Shown here piece by piece: positions 19,101-29,660 of a stretch of DNA of 64,000 bases (position 1 is its first letter; every line of letters starts with the position of its first letter). The notes beneath the pieces are model-generated. The model searched no databases. It worked only from the letters and a program-made list of their open reading frames with translations, and was not told the origin of the DNA. The position numbers were made by a program, and so were the translations under genes. This DNA is from a virus. Location of the stretch: positions 96,001-160,000 of the IMG/VR virus record IMGVR_UViG_3300046779_001269, one strand, 5' to 3'.

Positions 19101-19811
19101 AACTACTGGTGAGTATGTTGTTCCAGAAACAAATGCTGTTGCTGTATTTGTGTGTGTATTGGCTTGCAGTTTGTCTGTTATTGTATTGTAACGAACAGTT
19201 GCACTGCCACCAGCACCAATATTTTGTCCAACAGTTAGGTAATCTGTTGTTGTTGTATCAGCAACAGTCAAGGTATCAGCATCAATACTGTTTGTTACGA
19301 CTAGAGAGTCATCGAAAGTAACATTGCCTGTAACATCCAGTGTACTGTTTAGTGTGGTTGTACCATCAACTTCTAAGTATCCAACAATTTGTGAGTTACC
19401 GTTCGTTGTACTGCTACCACTAATTGTTAGATTGCCACCAATCGTTGCATTGTTTGCAACATGTAGGCCTATACCTGAAGCATTTGCAGTCAAGACACCT
19501 TTGATTTCGGAGTTACCTGATGCAATAAAACTTGTTTGTGTATTCTGGAAATAGGCCTGATTTTCTACTGTCAGGTTCTTTTCAATCACAGCAGATGATC
19601 CAACACCTTGCACACGCAATTGACCTTGTATGATTGCGCCGTTAGCAACTTGTAGACCTAAAGAAGCATCATTCAGATATAATGTTCCAGAATCTTTGGT
19701 GTAATTTCCTTTTCCTAAGGTATTGTTCTCACCAATGAGTGCATTGGTGGCAATTACCCAATCACCAAATGTATTTGCTGCATAACTTAAAACTGATACG
19801 GTATTAGCCAT
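16104..19811 (-). CDS. Long tail fibre / baseplate-attached fibre protein (1235 aa)
   Basis: N-terminal NTFGDW motif, beta-helix-like T/N/V-rich repeats, GDGSTTTF...VYLDGVRQ domain, VxWxxVxxRP fibre repeats, aromatic-rich tip. Confidence 0.7.
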   Translation of the reverse strand: MANTVSVLSYAANTFGDWVIATNALIGENNTLGKGNYTKDSGTLYLNDASLGLQVANGAIIQGQLRVQGVGSSAVIEKNLTVENQAYFQNTQTSFIASGNSEIKGVLTANASGIGLHVANNATIGGNLTISGSSTTNGNSQIVGYLEVDGTTTLNSTLDVTGNVTFDDSLVVTNSIDADTLTVADTTTTDYLTVGQNIGAGGSATVRYNTITDKLQANTHTNTATAFVSGTTYSPVVKANTSVNTAAVFVTGTTATNNLTSNTGTITTLQVTNEDIFGQANINGITANTGVIGVLSGANSFYDTVRANVYVSASTLYANNLTSNTVNASANIVTPLITVRNRIDANTANIFTNNLETLGQLSVGGNFVINGSTVYNTNTFTINAGSGTGITSRFSVNRGSSGANADIRWSESSKEFQLNDVDNGQYYRILTNEFLSDSTSVTSSSNVATSAVANTLNNYINTANSFLTATISAGNTWSQANVGTALATAKTYTDTANTYLQTYVDGVVTTKVDPAFTRANTGLNSVTGTSGTATPSPTGSTTGITMSGANGVTIVASSNTLVFSTPQDIRRTAAPKFTGLELTSTALAIGSGGTGGADRVTALTNLLPDASGVPAGYVLGTQGVGSYLWVAGGTGGGGGGTQPGSRITSTRSTATGDGSTTTFTAPTFTNGANQLRVYLDGVRQYEGYTESGTTSVVFTIAPASGVKILFEVDAYMVYAYYANNITITTPIGAIPATANTIELAISNLETRKAALSGATFTGHAMGLTVDGAASNTSFATTAWVKNLGYMTTTSADGSYPTKAGTGATGNWGINVTGWAGAVGSATESIGIPSGGVAPGANKLVRTQGNGYTFVNYINSDTGRNENETPNQFIITNASDNYYRKVSVSKVRDAIQSVSITANSVPASGITGQTGMWTDANRPGPYRLYRRDDSSNYSVQTYWTGSRWRLYGYNGDTAHADTQVGHADSAASVPWTGVTSRPTAVSAFTNDSGYQTSSGSVNYASSAGSVAWSNVSGRPTTLSGLSNDTHIYGDNGIFWGMGAVPNYTYTLSNGSIDDTSVTFNVPSEGWWSFNDVNIYFRGRRYYCNAWLSTSAYVTGALEVLLGTAWYAISARTWDFQQVNALEKVYGDTRYVGTQGSYYYNGWGKSNDSIFNKPFYIRSGAQIRLRMIWSPNVPSYSSSTVADVGNFDNERVPNVLNLPSPYNYQWRAYPSPISSSGYWNAGAGVQFSATKVG

Positions 19812-19812
19812 T

Positions 19813-20037
19813 TTAACCTTTGTTTGACAATAGTTGTTGCATCATCTGTTTAATCTCCGACATGTCAGACTTGATGCTTTTTATTTCCGATTTAATATTA
19901 TTTATTTCGTCTTTTTGACCAGTAATCAATCTTTTTTTGAAGTTATATTCTTCTCTTCCTGCCGGATCATGGTTCACCAGTGCCATTGTACTGGTGTCCC
20001 TATAAAAGGTTGTTCCTTCTACTTTAACTAAAGACAT
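19813..20037 (-). CDS. Small conserved coiled-coil virion protein
   Basis: MSLVKVEG...RDTSTMALVN then heptads EINNIKSEI...EIKQMMQQLL; follows the DUF4815 gene. Confidence 0.7.
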   Translation of the reverse strand: MSLVKVEGTTFYRDTSTMALVNHDPAGREEYNFKKRLITGQKDEINNIKSEIKSIKSDMSEIKQMMQQLLSNKG

Positions 20038-20038
20038 A

Positions 20039-23000
20039 TTATAGTCCTGTTCCTGATGGTAGAGCAATCGTTCTAATATCACTCAATGCTGGTGCAAATG
20101 TTGGATCATTAGAGGTCATAACCACTTTAATTGCATACTGATAGAATGAATTAAATGATTGTGCTGATACTGGGTTGGTGTAACTTATATAATTGTCCGC
20201 AATGTTGTTTGTTCCTGGTGCGGCTTCATATTCATATGTGTCATTTTTATTGACTGAATATTTAGAACTGCCATTAACAATCGTCATCAGTTGCCAATTA
20301 GCATCTTCTAACTTCAAAGTATCTTCACGGGAAACAATCTTATAGTAAACATGTATGTCTGTATTCACTGGACGATATGCAGTGAAGAACACACGCAAGT
20401 CACCCGAATCATTTCCTGTAGCCAATGTTACTGGTTTGGTAATGTATTTTGCATATGCATTACCACCATTTGAAGAAGTTTCACCTGTAACTACAGCTGA
20501 AGCTGATACATTTGATGAAGCATTGAATGTAATTGTTGGTGTCTTGGTGTAACCAGAACCTTCGGTTGTTACATATACACTAACAATATTTCCCATAAAC
20601 ACATTAGCAGAAACAAAGGCTCTTGAACCGCCTGCTGTATCTGGTGCAGAAACTGTTATGTCTGGTGAACTGATTGTTCCGTTGGCATTTGCCAAGTAAC
20701 CAATACCACCATTCAATAATGAAATGTTTGTATTTGAAATGCCCAAGTTATTGATACGGTGACGAACTGTATACACAGCCAAACCGTCATCGGCAATTAT
20801 CGGACTCACTGCATCGTCTGTTGATGACAATACAGTTTCAACTTTGAATGATGTATTTGATGCATAGTCTAATACACGTTCACCTTTATTGTCATCACAT
20901 GTGATGTTTTCTGGTGATGGAGTACCGAATTTACCTGGTGTAAATGTGTAAGCGCCGTCAGTTGAACCTGAACTGTTCAATGTTGTTGTGTAACGATACT
21001 CTACGGCTGTTCCTGGTGGTGTGAAGTCTGTAGCAGACACATTAAATGCATGGTAAATTGAATTGGCTGTTGCAGTTGCTGTGCTCTTGTCAACAGTTTT
21101 TGTTTCTGGTAGACCAGATGGAACAACAAATGATAGACTTGGTTGTGTTGATGTTGTAAACTTACATCTGTTGATTGTGAACATCAAGGCTTTACCCTGT
21201 TCAGCACTCCATGTCATTGCATTTTGTGATTCAAACAACGAACCAATGTATGGTGCAGTACCAATCTTAGATGGATTTGTTGGGTTAGAATCGGTAACTT
21301 CTGCCTTAGATGTGGAAATCAAAGCGAAATCGTTTTGTGCAGCCATCCATAAAGTATAATCACTAGATTCGGAACGAACCACAATTGCATACATAACATC
21401 TGGGTTGATATAAACCGGAGACGGGAATGTGAATGTGGTATATGTTGATGAATCTTTGTAGTGTGGATTGTCAGACACTTTTACAGAGTCTCTATTCAAG
21501 TACACATTAGAATAATCTAAAGATGAACCTGATGGATAACCATTCAGTGTTGGTAGAATATACAATTGCACTGGTATATTTGTTGTTGGCTTATTCTTAA
21601 AGAACACATTGATAGAGTTCAAGAATATACCATTTGGATAAGTTAATCCATCAACAATAAATGTTTGTGCAACTGGATCATCAGGCACTGGTGGAGCAAT
21701 TTTGTCCACGGTTGTCAATGTGTAACCAGTTTGTACACCCTGTGCGTTTAACACAGTAGTCTTTGTGTTCTTTGCAGTCTGAATAGAAGCTGAATAGTTA
21801 ACTTCTTGTGACTTGGTTGACAAACTTGTTGCAAAGAATGTTGCTTCTGACCAAGTTGTTTCTGTTCCAGTATTGTACTTGAAGTCTAGGTTTGTATTGA
21901 TAATTGTTCTATCATCCAAACGCAACACTCTTTGTCCTGTATGGAACTTATTGGCTGGTAAATAGAACACACCAGAAACTGAACCAATTTCATTTGATGA
22001 AATATCACCAATAGAATATACATCACCACTTGCAAATGTGATTGATGTGCCTAAAGTAACAACCTTGGTTGATGTATTGTATGCGGTGATTGTTGCTGAT
22101 TGACCAGGTTTATTGACAATATACAGTTTTTTGCCTGTATAAATGTCTGTTGATTTGGCCAATGTATTCAATGTTACAGTAGATGTGGCTGTTCCTGTTG
22201 TACTGGTTTTACCAGAGTAGTGTGTCACAGAAGATAATGTACCACTTGCTGTGCTGTTCTGATAAACACCTGATGTATTGAAGAAGGCGTTAACCAATGT
22301 ACCAGTTGTGTATGATGTAGTGTCTAAGTCGCCGATAACATAAAGTCTGATGCCTGTTGAATGTTTGTACACATCCAAAACTTCACCACGTTTGTAGAAA
22401 ACGGAACTAGAAACATAACCAATAATGTCACCACGATTGAATGTTCCAGTTACACTTGTTAGTTCAATGATGTTTGGTTTTCTAACATTGGATGTTACCA
22501 AGTTACCATCAAAGAAAGCATTGAGTGCAGTGTTGAATAATAATCCTGTGGCATTAAAAGACAACTGTTGTTCACGAATGTATGGTAGAATACTTACATC
22601 TGTTATGTAATTGCCAGATGAGTTTTGCATCTTCGACCAATTACCATATGTAAACTGATTTTGTTTATCATTTGTGGTAATAGTTTGTGTGAAGTTTTGG
22701 CCAATATTGTCTCTACCGCCAATAGTTGTTTCCCACTTGTTGGTTGTTACCTTCTCTGTGCCTGGAATTATTTGCCAGTTTGACACACGCAAAGTTGGAT
22801 CACCATCTATTAAGTTTGTTGTGTCTGTTGCTTTGTATGATTCAACACCAGTAAACAACATGGCAGGTTCAGCTGAGTTGTCGATCCAATTGTCCATTGG
22901 AGGTGTAATCTCTAGTGTACCTTCACTCTTTACTTGACCGAATGGGTTGGCACTGATTGTGCGACTTGCCAAGGTTTGTTTGATAACAGTTTCTTCTGTG

Positions 23001-26000
23001 TAAGGCAAACTAAACAACTGTGATTTGCCAGACAAACTTGGTTTGTAACTCAATGCATTTAGTGTGGCTGTAGATAGTTTAGAACCGTTTGTGTCCAACA
23101 AATCTTTGTTCTGCAAATTGTAGTTCTTAACCACAACAGCAGGACCCATGCTCTTGTTTATATTGTTTAGTGATGCACTAAAGTCTCTATTGAATGTATC
23201 TGCAACAGAGAATGTACTGAAGTCATCAACCAAAATACCATTCTTGAATCTGTTAAGACCCAATTCATCAGGTATTTGTAGACTTGCAGCATTTTGTTCC
23301 ATCATATTCAATGATGTATAGTACTCCAAGTTATTAACACGGTCTTGCAAGTCTGTAATGTCACTCATCTGCCAGCGTTTATGTATCACTGGTTCAATAG
23401 ACAAATTACTTCTGCCCGCTAATTCACCTGGTACATATGTTGTGTATGGGTCTAGAGAAATTTTGGCCAACACCATTGATCCTTCTGGTGCAGAAGGGAA
23501 CACGGCCTTGTTTGATGGTATACCACCAATGATTTTGAATTTGTTATCTTTGCCGATAACCAACAAATCTTTTCTTGCTAGGTAGTATGAATAGTCTGAA
23601 GTAAATGATGACAAATCAACAGGCAAGAATAGACCAGAGTTATTTGTGGTTGTTGGTGTTGTCTTGTGTTTGAATGTGAAAGATTCCTGTGCGTTCTTAA
23701 CAGCAGGCCTAAAGTCCAAACAATCTCTTAGGTCATATGTCACACCATTTCTAGATGTGTAAGATGGTCTATCGGTGAAACCGGAACTATATGACTGAGC
23801 ACTAAAGTAACCATCACCACCTGCATGTTGGTAGTAATCAAATAGAATCCACAATGAACGAGGTGTTGGTGCACCTGGTTTCAATGAGATATATGCATGG
23901 CCGTAGTAGTTGTCGGTCTGTCCGTTATTGAATATGTAATTTTCTGTTACATCTTTTGATGTATCGGTCAACATCGACAATGTTGGAGCACTACCACCAG
24001 TATCAATAATTTTAACAATTTGTTTAACATCAGATACATACAGACTTTGTTTGTTGCCATATGTTAGGACTCCAGAATTACTAATGTAAATCTGTCCCTT
24101 GGTCAAGTCGATTGCTGCGTGATTTACTGTTCCATCTGGACCAGATGATGAAGCCACGGCAGTGTTTGCTTGAATCAATGTCTTAGTTTTCAAGACAAAG
24201 TTTGTGTCGTTAGCATTTGTTACAGACAACTTCGCAAAAACTGTTGCAGTAAATGGATCCAAGTCCAATGCTGTCAAGTAAACGGCATTCTTATCAGCAT
24301 CAATTGCAATGCTTCTTCCTGCGGTAGTGAAAGGAATAACATCACCATTTTCAATTGTGGTGTTTGTGCCTTTATCTGTCACAACAACCATGAAGTTTTG
24401 TGCAACTGTTGTATCATCTTCTGTTGAACCACTTCTCAAGAAGTCGAATGAACCTGTTGCTGAACTGTCTAGTTGCAAGTAACGGCGTGAACCTGTTGAG
24501 TAAGAACCGAAAGATTGGTTTCTAAATTGTTGTATTGTGGTGTAAGATGTGTCTGTTACAGAGGCCACATATGGTTGACCCAATGGGAACAACAACTCTG
24601 GTGTACCAGGATTGTTTAGTACGGCATCACCGGTAGAAATACTACCAGACTTACCACTTGTTGCATTGATTTGTGCCCAACCACCCAACACACATGGTGA
24701 TGCGAGTGTAGACTTGACAATCAACTCAGTATCTTTTACACCAAATCTTAGTGAGAATGTAGAACCAGATGGTGTTACAGTGAATGGTGTTTCAACAGTA
24801 GCTGTCTTAGTTGAACCATTATAAGAAACGATTCTTCTTGTGTCACCTGCACCAGAACCAGAATCAATAGTGATTGTTACACCGTAGTATGCATTGCTTA
24901 CTGCACTGAATTTACCGTTAGTATCTGTGAATTGAATGGTAGTGGCTGTTGCAGATGCTGCGGTACCAGACAAGACTTTGTTTTCAATATCATATAGATA
25001 TGCTTTATAAACATATGTACTTGTATCTTCAACATTAGATGAATTGTTGTAAACGATACCTCTGACATAAGCTGTAGCAGCCACAGTAGAGTTGAATGTT
25101 GTTGTGTTTGAACGAGCAATATCTGTATTTGAACTTACTGTGTGTAAATAAACTGGCTCTGCAACTGTTGTGTCGATGAATGTGCCGTTATTACCTTTAA
25201 CACCAGACACATAGAAGTAACTACCATAATCCATAACATTGATGTTGTTATTGGCATAGTCAACTGTGCGAGCTCTTGTTGAGTCCAACTTTAATGTTGT
25301 TTGGTTTTCTACTCTGTAACCTTGTACATAAGCTTTACCTGGACCAACTGACAAGATGTATTTGTCTGATGCAAAAGTGTTTGCTGATGGTGTCAAAGAG
25401 AAGTTGTTAACGATGTAGTCACCGTTAGTTTCGTATGTTCTCTTTGCAAAGTAATCATCAATCACAGAATAAACTGTTTCGTTTACTTGCTTGACGATGT
25501 TACCACTTTCAATTCTGGTCAACTCAATGAACTGGTCATCGTTACCGATTGTAAGTGGTAGAGATGTTAGAGATAGTTTGATGTAGTATCTGTCAGCACC
25601 TGGAGCTTGATAGTTAGAGGAACCTACCGCAGGATCCAATAGTGACTTGTCTGAGTAACTGTCAACAATACTTTCATTGATAGACAAACCAATACGGTAA
25701 GATGGTGTTGAATTGTATTTGTCTAGTATGATTGTTTCTGGTTGTACAGAAACGAAATTACCGATGGAATATTTTGAGAATGTACCGTCACTGTTGCGTG
25801 TTTGTGACTGAGAATAACCATTGACGATATAGAAAACACCATCAGAGATAGATGCGACAGATGCTAGACCTGTACTTGTTGAACCGCCTGTTGTACCAAT
25901 AGTGGTTGCATCTAAAGATGTACCATCGGTTGGGAATAGGTGCATACCGTCTGTGAATCTAACACCAGAAATGTAAGAAACAATCAGTGTTGGTGGATCA

Positions 26001-26362
26001 CCAGCTTCAACATCAGTACCTGTTTGTTCAGCTGTCTTAATAACTTTGGCTAATACTGTACCTGTATCGTCTGTGATGTACTTGTTCAAGAAGTCTGATG
26101 CAAGAATATCTTTTGTGCCGTATGTCTTGTTCAGTTTCAAGTAATAACATTTTGTATTGATTGTTACCTTACCACCTTTAACTGGTGTATTTTGTTTGAA
26201 AATGTGGTCAGCAAACTTGGAGATTTGACTTTGTAGAATGGTCTGTGCTTGTGTTAATTCTCGACCTTGTACAGAGTATCCTGGCTTGAACAATATACGA
26301 TGAAAGTTTTTTGATGGGTCAAAATCATCGTAGTATGGGTCAACATTAAAATTCAATGACAT
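20039..26362 (-). CDS. Large virion structural protein, DUF4815/VrlC-like (2107 aa)
   Basis: NFNVDPYYDDFD...RILFKPGYSVQGRELTQAQTILQ, APGADR, RFKNGILVDDF, DPVAQTF motifs. Confidence 0.85.
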   Translation of the reverse strand: MSLNFNVDPYYDDFDPSKNFHRILFKPGYSVQGRELTQAQTILQSQISKFADHIFKQNTPVKGGKVTINTKCYYLKLNKTYGTKDILASDFLNKYITDDTGTVLAKVIKTAEQTGTDVEAGDPPTLIVSYISGVRFTDGMHLFPTDGTSLDATTIGTTGGSTSTGLASVASISDGVFYIVNGYSQSQTRNSDGTFSKYSIGNFVSVQPETIILDKYNSTPSYRIGLSINESIVDSYSDKSLLDPAVGSSNYQAPGADRYYIKLSLTSLPLTIGNDDQFIELTRIESGNIVKQVNETVYSVIDDYFAKRTYETNGDYIVNNFSLTPSANTFASDKYILSVGPGKAYVQGYRVENQTTLKLDSTRARTVDYANNNINVMDYGSYFYVSGVKGNNGTFIDTTVAEPVYLHTVSSNTDIARSNTTTFNSTVAATAYVRGIVYNNSSNVEDTSTYVYKAYLYDIENKVLSGTAASATATTIQFTDTNGKFSAVSNAYYGVTITIDSGSGAGDTRRIVSYNGSTKTATVETPFTVTPSGSTFSLRFGVKDTELIVKSTLASPCVLGGWAQINATSGKSGSISTGDAVLNNPGTPELLFPLGQPYVASVTDTSYTTIQQFRNQSFGSYSTGSRRYLQLDSSATGSFDFLRSGSTEDDTTVAQNFMVVVTDKGTNTTIENGDVIPFTTAGRSIAIDADKNAVYLTALDLDPFTATVFAKLSVTNANDTNFVLKTKTLIQANTAVASSSGPDGTVNHAAIDLTKGQIYISNSGVLTYGNKQSLYVSDVKQIVKIIDTGGSAPTLSMLTDTSKDVTENYIFNNGQTDNYYGHAYISLKPGAPTPRSLWILFDYYQHAGGDGYFSAQSYSSGFTDRPSYTSRNGVTYDLRDCLDFRPAVKNAQESFTFKHKTTPTTTNNSGLFLPVDLSSFTSDYSYYLARKDLLVIGKDNKFKIIGGIPSNKAVFPSAPEGSMVLAKISLDPYTTYVPGELAGRSNLSIEPVIHKRWQMSDITDLQDRVNNLEYYTSLNMMEQNAASLQIPDELGLNRFKNGILVDDFSTFSVADTFNRDFSASLNNINKSMGPAVVVKNYNLQNKDLLDTNGSKLSTATLNALSYKPSLSGKSQLFSLPYTEETVIKQTLASRTISANPFGQVKSEGTLEITPPMDNWIDNSAEPAMLFTGVESYKATDTTNLIDGDPTLRVSNWQIIPGTEKVTTNKWETTIGGRDNIGQNFTQTITTNDKQNQFTYGNWSKMQNSSGNYITDVSILPYIREQQLSFNATGLLFNTALNAFFDGNLVTSNVRKPNIIELTSVTGTFNRGDIIGYVSSSVFYKRGEVLDVYKHSTGIRLYVIGDLDTTSYTTGTLVNAFFNTSGVYQNSTASGTLSSVTHYSGKTSTTGTATSTVTLNTLAKSTDIYTGKKLYIVNKPGQSATITAYNTSTKVVTLGTSITFASGDVYSIGDISSNEIGSVSGVFYLPANKFHTGQRVLRLDDRTIINTNLDFKYNTGTETTWSEATFFATSLSTKSQEVNYSASIQTAKNTKTTVLNAQGVQTGYTLTTVDKIAPPVPDDPVAQTFIVDGLTYPNGIFLNSINVFFKNKPTTNIPVQLYILPTLNGYPSGSSLDYSNVYLNRDSVKVSDNPHYKDSSTYTTFTFPSPVYINPDVMYAIVVRSESSDYTLWMAAQNDFALISTSKAEVTDSNPTNPSKIGTAPYIGSLFESQNAMTWSAEQGKALMFTINRCKFTTSTQPSLSFVVPSGLPETKTVDKSTATATANSIYHAFNVSATDFTPPGTAVEYRYTTTLNSSGSTDGAYTFTPGKFGTPSPENITCDDNKGERVLDYASNTSFKVETVLSSTDDAVSPIIADDGLAVYTVRHRINNLGISNTNISLLNGGIGYLANANGTISSPDITVSAPDTAGGSRAFVSANVFMGNIVSVYVTTEGSGYTKTPTITFNASSNVSASAVVTGETSSNGGNAYAKYITKPVTLATGNDSGDLRVFFTAYRPVNTDIHVYYKIVSREDTLKLEDANWQLMTIVNGSSKYSVNKNDTYEYEAAPGTNNIADNYISYTNPVSAQSFNSFYQYAIKVVMTSNDPTFAPALSDIRTIALPSGTGL

Positions 26363-26371
26363 TTTTTTCCT

Positions 26372-27763
26372 TTAGTAACCTAATACAATTTTTATTTGTT
26401 CTATGCCGTCAGAACTTCTTATAATACCACTTCTATTTTCTATGTAGGAAAGATAACCGGATAGAATTACGAAGTCAGGTGAACTAGTTCTGAGTAATGT
26501 TCTTGTGGTTCCAGAATCAACTCCTCTCAATGGAGCATTAACAGTGGAAGTTCCTTTTGTATTTATGAGGTATATTACATTGCTTGCCTCATCAAAACTA
26601 ACCACCGTACCAGAAAATGTACTGTTTTCCAATGATGCACCTTGATAAACCACTTCACTATTGGTGAAACCACCAAAACCAGCGGCCACAACCACATCGG
26701 TGGTTGTTTTATAGATAGAACCGTTGGCGGGTAGTGGGTTCAATCCTTGTGTAGTTGGATTAATTACAACACCGATTCTGTTGTATGTGATATCTGTTGG
26801 GACATTGAAGTTTTCTGAACCATTAAATTCCACATTGTACATAACATGTTTACAACCCAGTTCAGCGACAGGATCAAAACCGTGGCCACCGATTGGTGAT
26901 GTTGGTGCAATAGCTAAGGCACCAGTACCAGCACCGGAAGAGATTCTCACATTTGCGTAAGTGTAATTCTTACCTGCATCCAAGACAACAATATCACTAA
27001 CTTCACCACCATTTACAACAGCTAAGCCTGCTGCGGTAGTTCCTGGAACACCATTCGCTGCAGTACCATCACCAGTAATGATAACATTCACGACTGAGTT
27101 TGATGGGTCATACAACACACCATTCTGTATCACATTGATAACATCCAAACTGCCTGCACCAGAAGTGGTGATTAGAGGATTAATATTTTTATCTGTTACT
27201 GGCACAGGAATCCATGTTGCATCCATGAACTTAGTCTTTAGACCAGTGTCGATGGTGTACATGTACTTCCACTTATAACTGTCTGCACCTTTGAAGATGT
27301 TGTTTGTGCCATAAGAACCTGGTTCGAAATATGGTTCTGAATAACATGGATTGCCGTTGTCATTCCACAAACACTTGAACACTTGGTCATATTTGTTTCT
27401 AACATAAAAGTGTTTCAATAAGAAACCGTTAGAATCTCTCTCAAACATATCCACATAATCATCATAGTAATCATATACAGTACCAGTTGTCCAGTCAAAT
27501 CTCTCTGCGACAGGACAAATATCACTTGAGTTGATTAGTTTGGCTGCAATTATTTCCTTGAAGAATTTTTTCAAAGAAATCATGTCTTGTGTTGGTTCTG
27601 GAGGATTACTATCGTCAGTCCAAGGTGTGACAGAAGCCAATACCATGTAAGATGTACCTAATGGCACCTCAATGTTGGGTGGAACTACCGCAGAGGGTGC
27701 AAAGTAGTTCAATTCCAAGGCCGCAACTGCGGCATTATGTGTTAATATGTTTTTATTTGCCAT
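26372..27763 (-). CDS. gp8: Baseplate wedge subunit gp8
   Basis: RFDWTTGTVYDYY, VFKCLWN, YKWKYMYTI, GGHGFDPVAELG, YIENR...RSSDGIEQIKIVL. Confidence 0.88.
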   Translation of the reverse strand: MANKNILTHNAAVAALELNYFAPSAVVPPNIEVPLGTSYMVLASVTPWTDDSNPPEPTQDMISLKKFFKEIIAAKLINSSDICPVAERFDWTTGTVYDYYDDYVDMFERDSNGFLLKHFYVRNKYDQVFKCLWNDNGNPCYSEPYFEPGSYGTNNIFKGADSYKWKYMYTIDTGLKTKFMDATWIPVPVTDKNINPLITTSGAGSLDVINVIQNGVLYDPSNSVVNVIITGDGTAANGVPGTTAAGLAVVNGGEVSDIVVLDAGKNYTYANVRISSGAGTGALAIAPTSPIGGHGFDPVAELGCKHVMYNVEFNGSENFNVPTDITYNRIGVVINPTTQGLNPLPANGSIYKTTTDVVVAAGFGGFTNSEVVYQGASLENSTFSGTVVSFDEASNVIYLINTKGTSTVNAPLRGVDSGTTRTLLRTSSPDFVILSGYLSYIENRSGIIRSSDGIEQIKIVLGY

Positions 27764-27773
27764 AATTTATTTA

Positions 27774-29657
27774 TTAACCGTTAATAGAAACAAATGTGTT
27801 TGCATTATCACCATCAATACTAAAGAACCTCAAGTACATAGAACTACCTGCGGTGATGGTGGCAGTAGTAGACTTGTTCGTTGAATTTAAAACTGAACAT
27901 CCGTGAGTTACTGTATGATTTTGTGTGTCTGTATTAACCAACCACACTTCAACAATTTTACCTGCAACATAGTTACTGTGTGTTATTGATATGTTATCTG
28001 CACAGTTGGCTTTGATAACTGAATCTGTTACATAGTCGATTGTAATTGATGTTTGTAATCCTACCGGTAACCTAGGTGAATATACGACACCTTTCGATGG
28101 ATTTACATAACCAGTAAATGAAACATTATTTGCATTAAATGTTGCAATGTTTATCAGTGTGTTTGATCCTGTTTCAATATTATAGAATTTGATTGCTGAA
28201 CCACGAGCTGTGTCTGTATAATTTTCTGTTGCAATAAAATCAATTCTTGATGTGCCACCAGATTGCCATGCGGTTGCACCATAACCACTTGCACCGATTC
28301 TAGTCAAAACATCATTCGTTTGCACAGCACTTGGGTGTGATACATTTCCTCGTGCTGCTCGACCACCAAATATTGGGAAAACAATTTGTCCGTTGGCACC
28401 ATAAGAGTCTGAAATAACTCTTGTTGGAACATTATGTTTACCTGTTATATGCAATACATAACCATCGCCACCTGGAGTTTGTGTTATGCCTGTATTTGAT
28501 GCACTAATTGTAACCAATGCCTGACTTGAACTGAATGATGAGTTTGCGAATGAGGATATTCCATTTACATTCAGGTTATTTGTAACACTTAAACTACCAG
28601 CAAATGTACCTGTTGCATTTGCAAGTGCATTGTTTGCCTTATCAAACGCTGCTGAACCAGTTGTGTTGGCTGCCACTGCTAATGTATACGCACCAGATGC
28701 CAGTGAGTTGGTGATAACCAAGTTTGTTGCAGTTGTATTTGCCTTACTGAAAGCACCATTGGCAAAGTCTAGTGCCACATTCGCCTTTAAGAAAGCACTA
28801 TCTGTATAAGAAAATGCGGTGTTCAATTGTGCTGCGTTCAAACCGTCAGCATATGATTTGGCAGCTGTCAATGTAGTTGCATCGTTTGCTTGCAACCAAG
28901 TGTTGGCTGCTGTTGTAAATGCGTTTGATGCCACCATTGTATAGGTGTCTGAGTAAACCTTGGCTGCTGCCAGTGCTGCACCCACATTGGCCTGTGCCCA
29001 TGTATTGGCTGCATATGCATATGTGTTTACTGTATTTGCTTTTAAGAATGCTGCCTGTGTATAGTTTGCAGGTTCTGCGGCAGTATTCTGTGATGTTCCA
29101 TCGGCAAAGAACAATGGTTTGGTCAACAGTTGTAGACCTGTATTGTATTTGAATCTCGCAAAATGTCCATCTGATGCAATAGAACCTAGGGAAATAGTCA
29201 AGTCTCTGTTCTCATTGTATGTACCTATGATAAGGTTACCACCAGGATCAGCATCATTACCTGCAATCATCAAGTAACCATCTAATGGCGCAGCGAATGT
29301 GAAACCATCATAGTTATAGTTTGAGTTGTTGTAACCCAAATCCAAGTAATGTGATTCGTCAGTACCAACATCGGCAGTAATAACAAAGTCGGTAGAACCA
29401 TTTGAAGCATTGTTCACGAAGTTCATTTGCAAATAGTTGTTGGATCTACCAGCAAACTGTGCAGCCACATTAGGTAGAACTAGTGCATTGTTACCCACAT
29501 TCAGTACGTTGTTTGCGTACAAATATCTGGATAGTGTTGTAGCTGTAACTCTACCTGTGATGTTGTTAGCTCTATCTACAGCCAAAATATCCGTGGCGGA
29601 TGTATTTGCGCCAAGGTTTGGTAGTTGTACTAACTCTGAAATTTTTACTGTGGACAT
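27774..29657 (-). CDS. Baseplate-associated fibre-like protein (627 aa)
   Basis: N-terminal VKISEL motif, FADGTSQNTA motif, A/N coiled-coil repeats; lies between gp7 and gp8. Confidence 0.6.
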   Translation of the reverse strand: MSTVKISELVQLPNLGANTSATDILAVDRANNITGRVTATTLSRYLYANNVLNVGNNALVLPNVAAQFAGRSNNYLQMNFVNNASNGSTDFVITADVGTDESHYLDLGYNNSNYNYDGFTFAAPLDGYLMIAGNDADPGGNLIIGTYNENRDLTISLGSIASDGHFARFKYNTGLQLLTKPLFFADGTSQNTAAEPANYTQAAFLKANTVNTYAYAANTWAQANVGAALAAAKVYSDTYTMVASNAFTTAANTWLQANDATTLTAAKSYADGLNAAQLNTAFSYTDSAFLKANVALDFANGAFSKANTTATNLVITNSLASGAYTLAVAANTTGSAAFDKANNALANATGTFAGSLSVTNNLNVNGISSFANSSFSSSQALVTISASNTGITQTPGGDGYVLHITGKHNVPTRVISDSYGANGQIVFPIFGGRAARGNVSHPSAVQTNDVLTRIGASGYGATAWQSGGTSRIDFIATENYTDTARGSAIKFYNIETGSNTLINIATFNANNVSFTGYVNPSKGVVYSPRLPVGLQTSITIDYVTDSVIKANCADNISITHSNYVAGKIVEVWLVNTDTQNHTVTHGCSVLNSTNKSTTATITAGSSMYLRFFSIDGDNANTFVSING

Positions 29658-29660
29658 TTT

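Noticed and set aside
1-20000. Diversity-generating retroelement or invertase shufflon acting on fibre tips
   Set aside because: No reverse transcriptase, recombinase, adenine-specific TR/VR pair or inverted cassettes seen in the window
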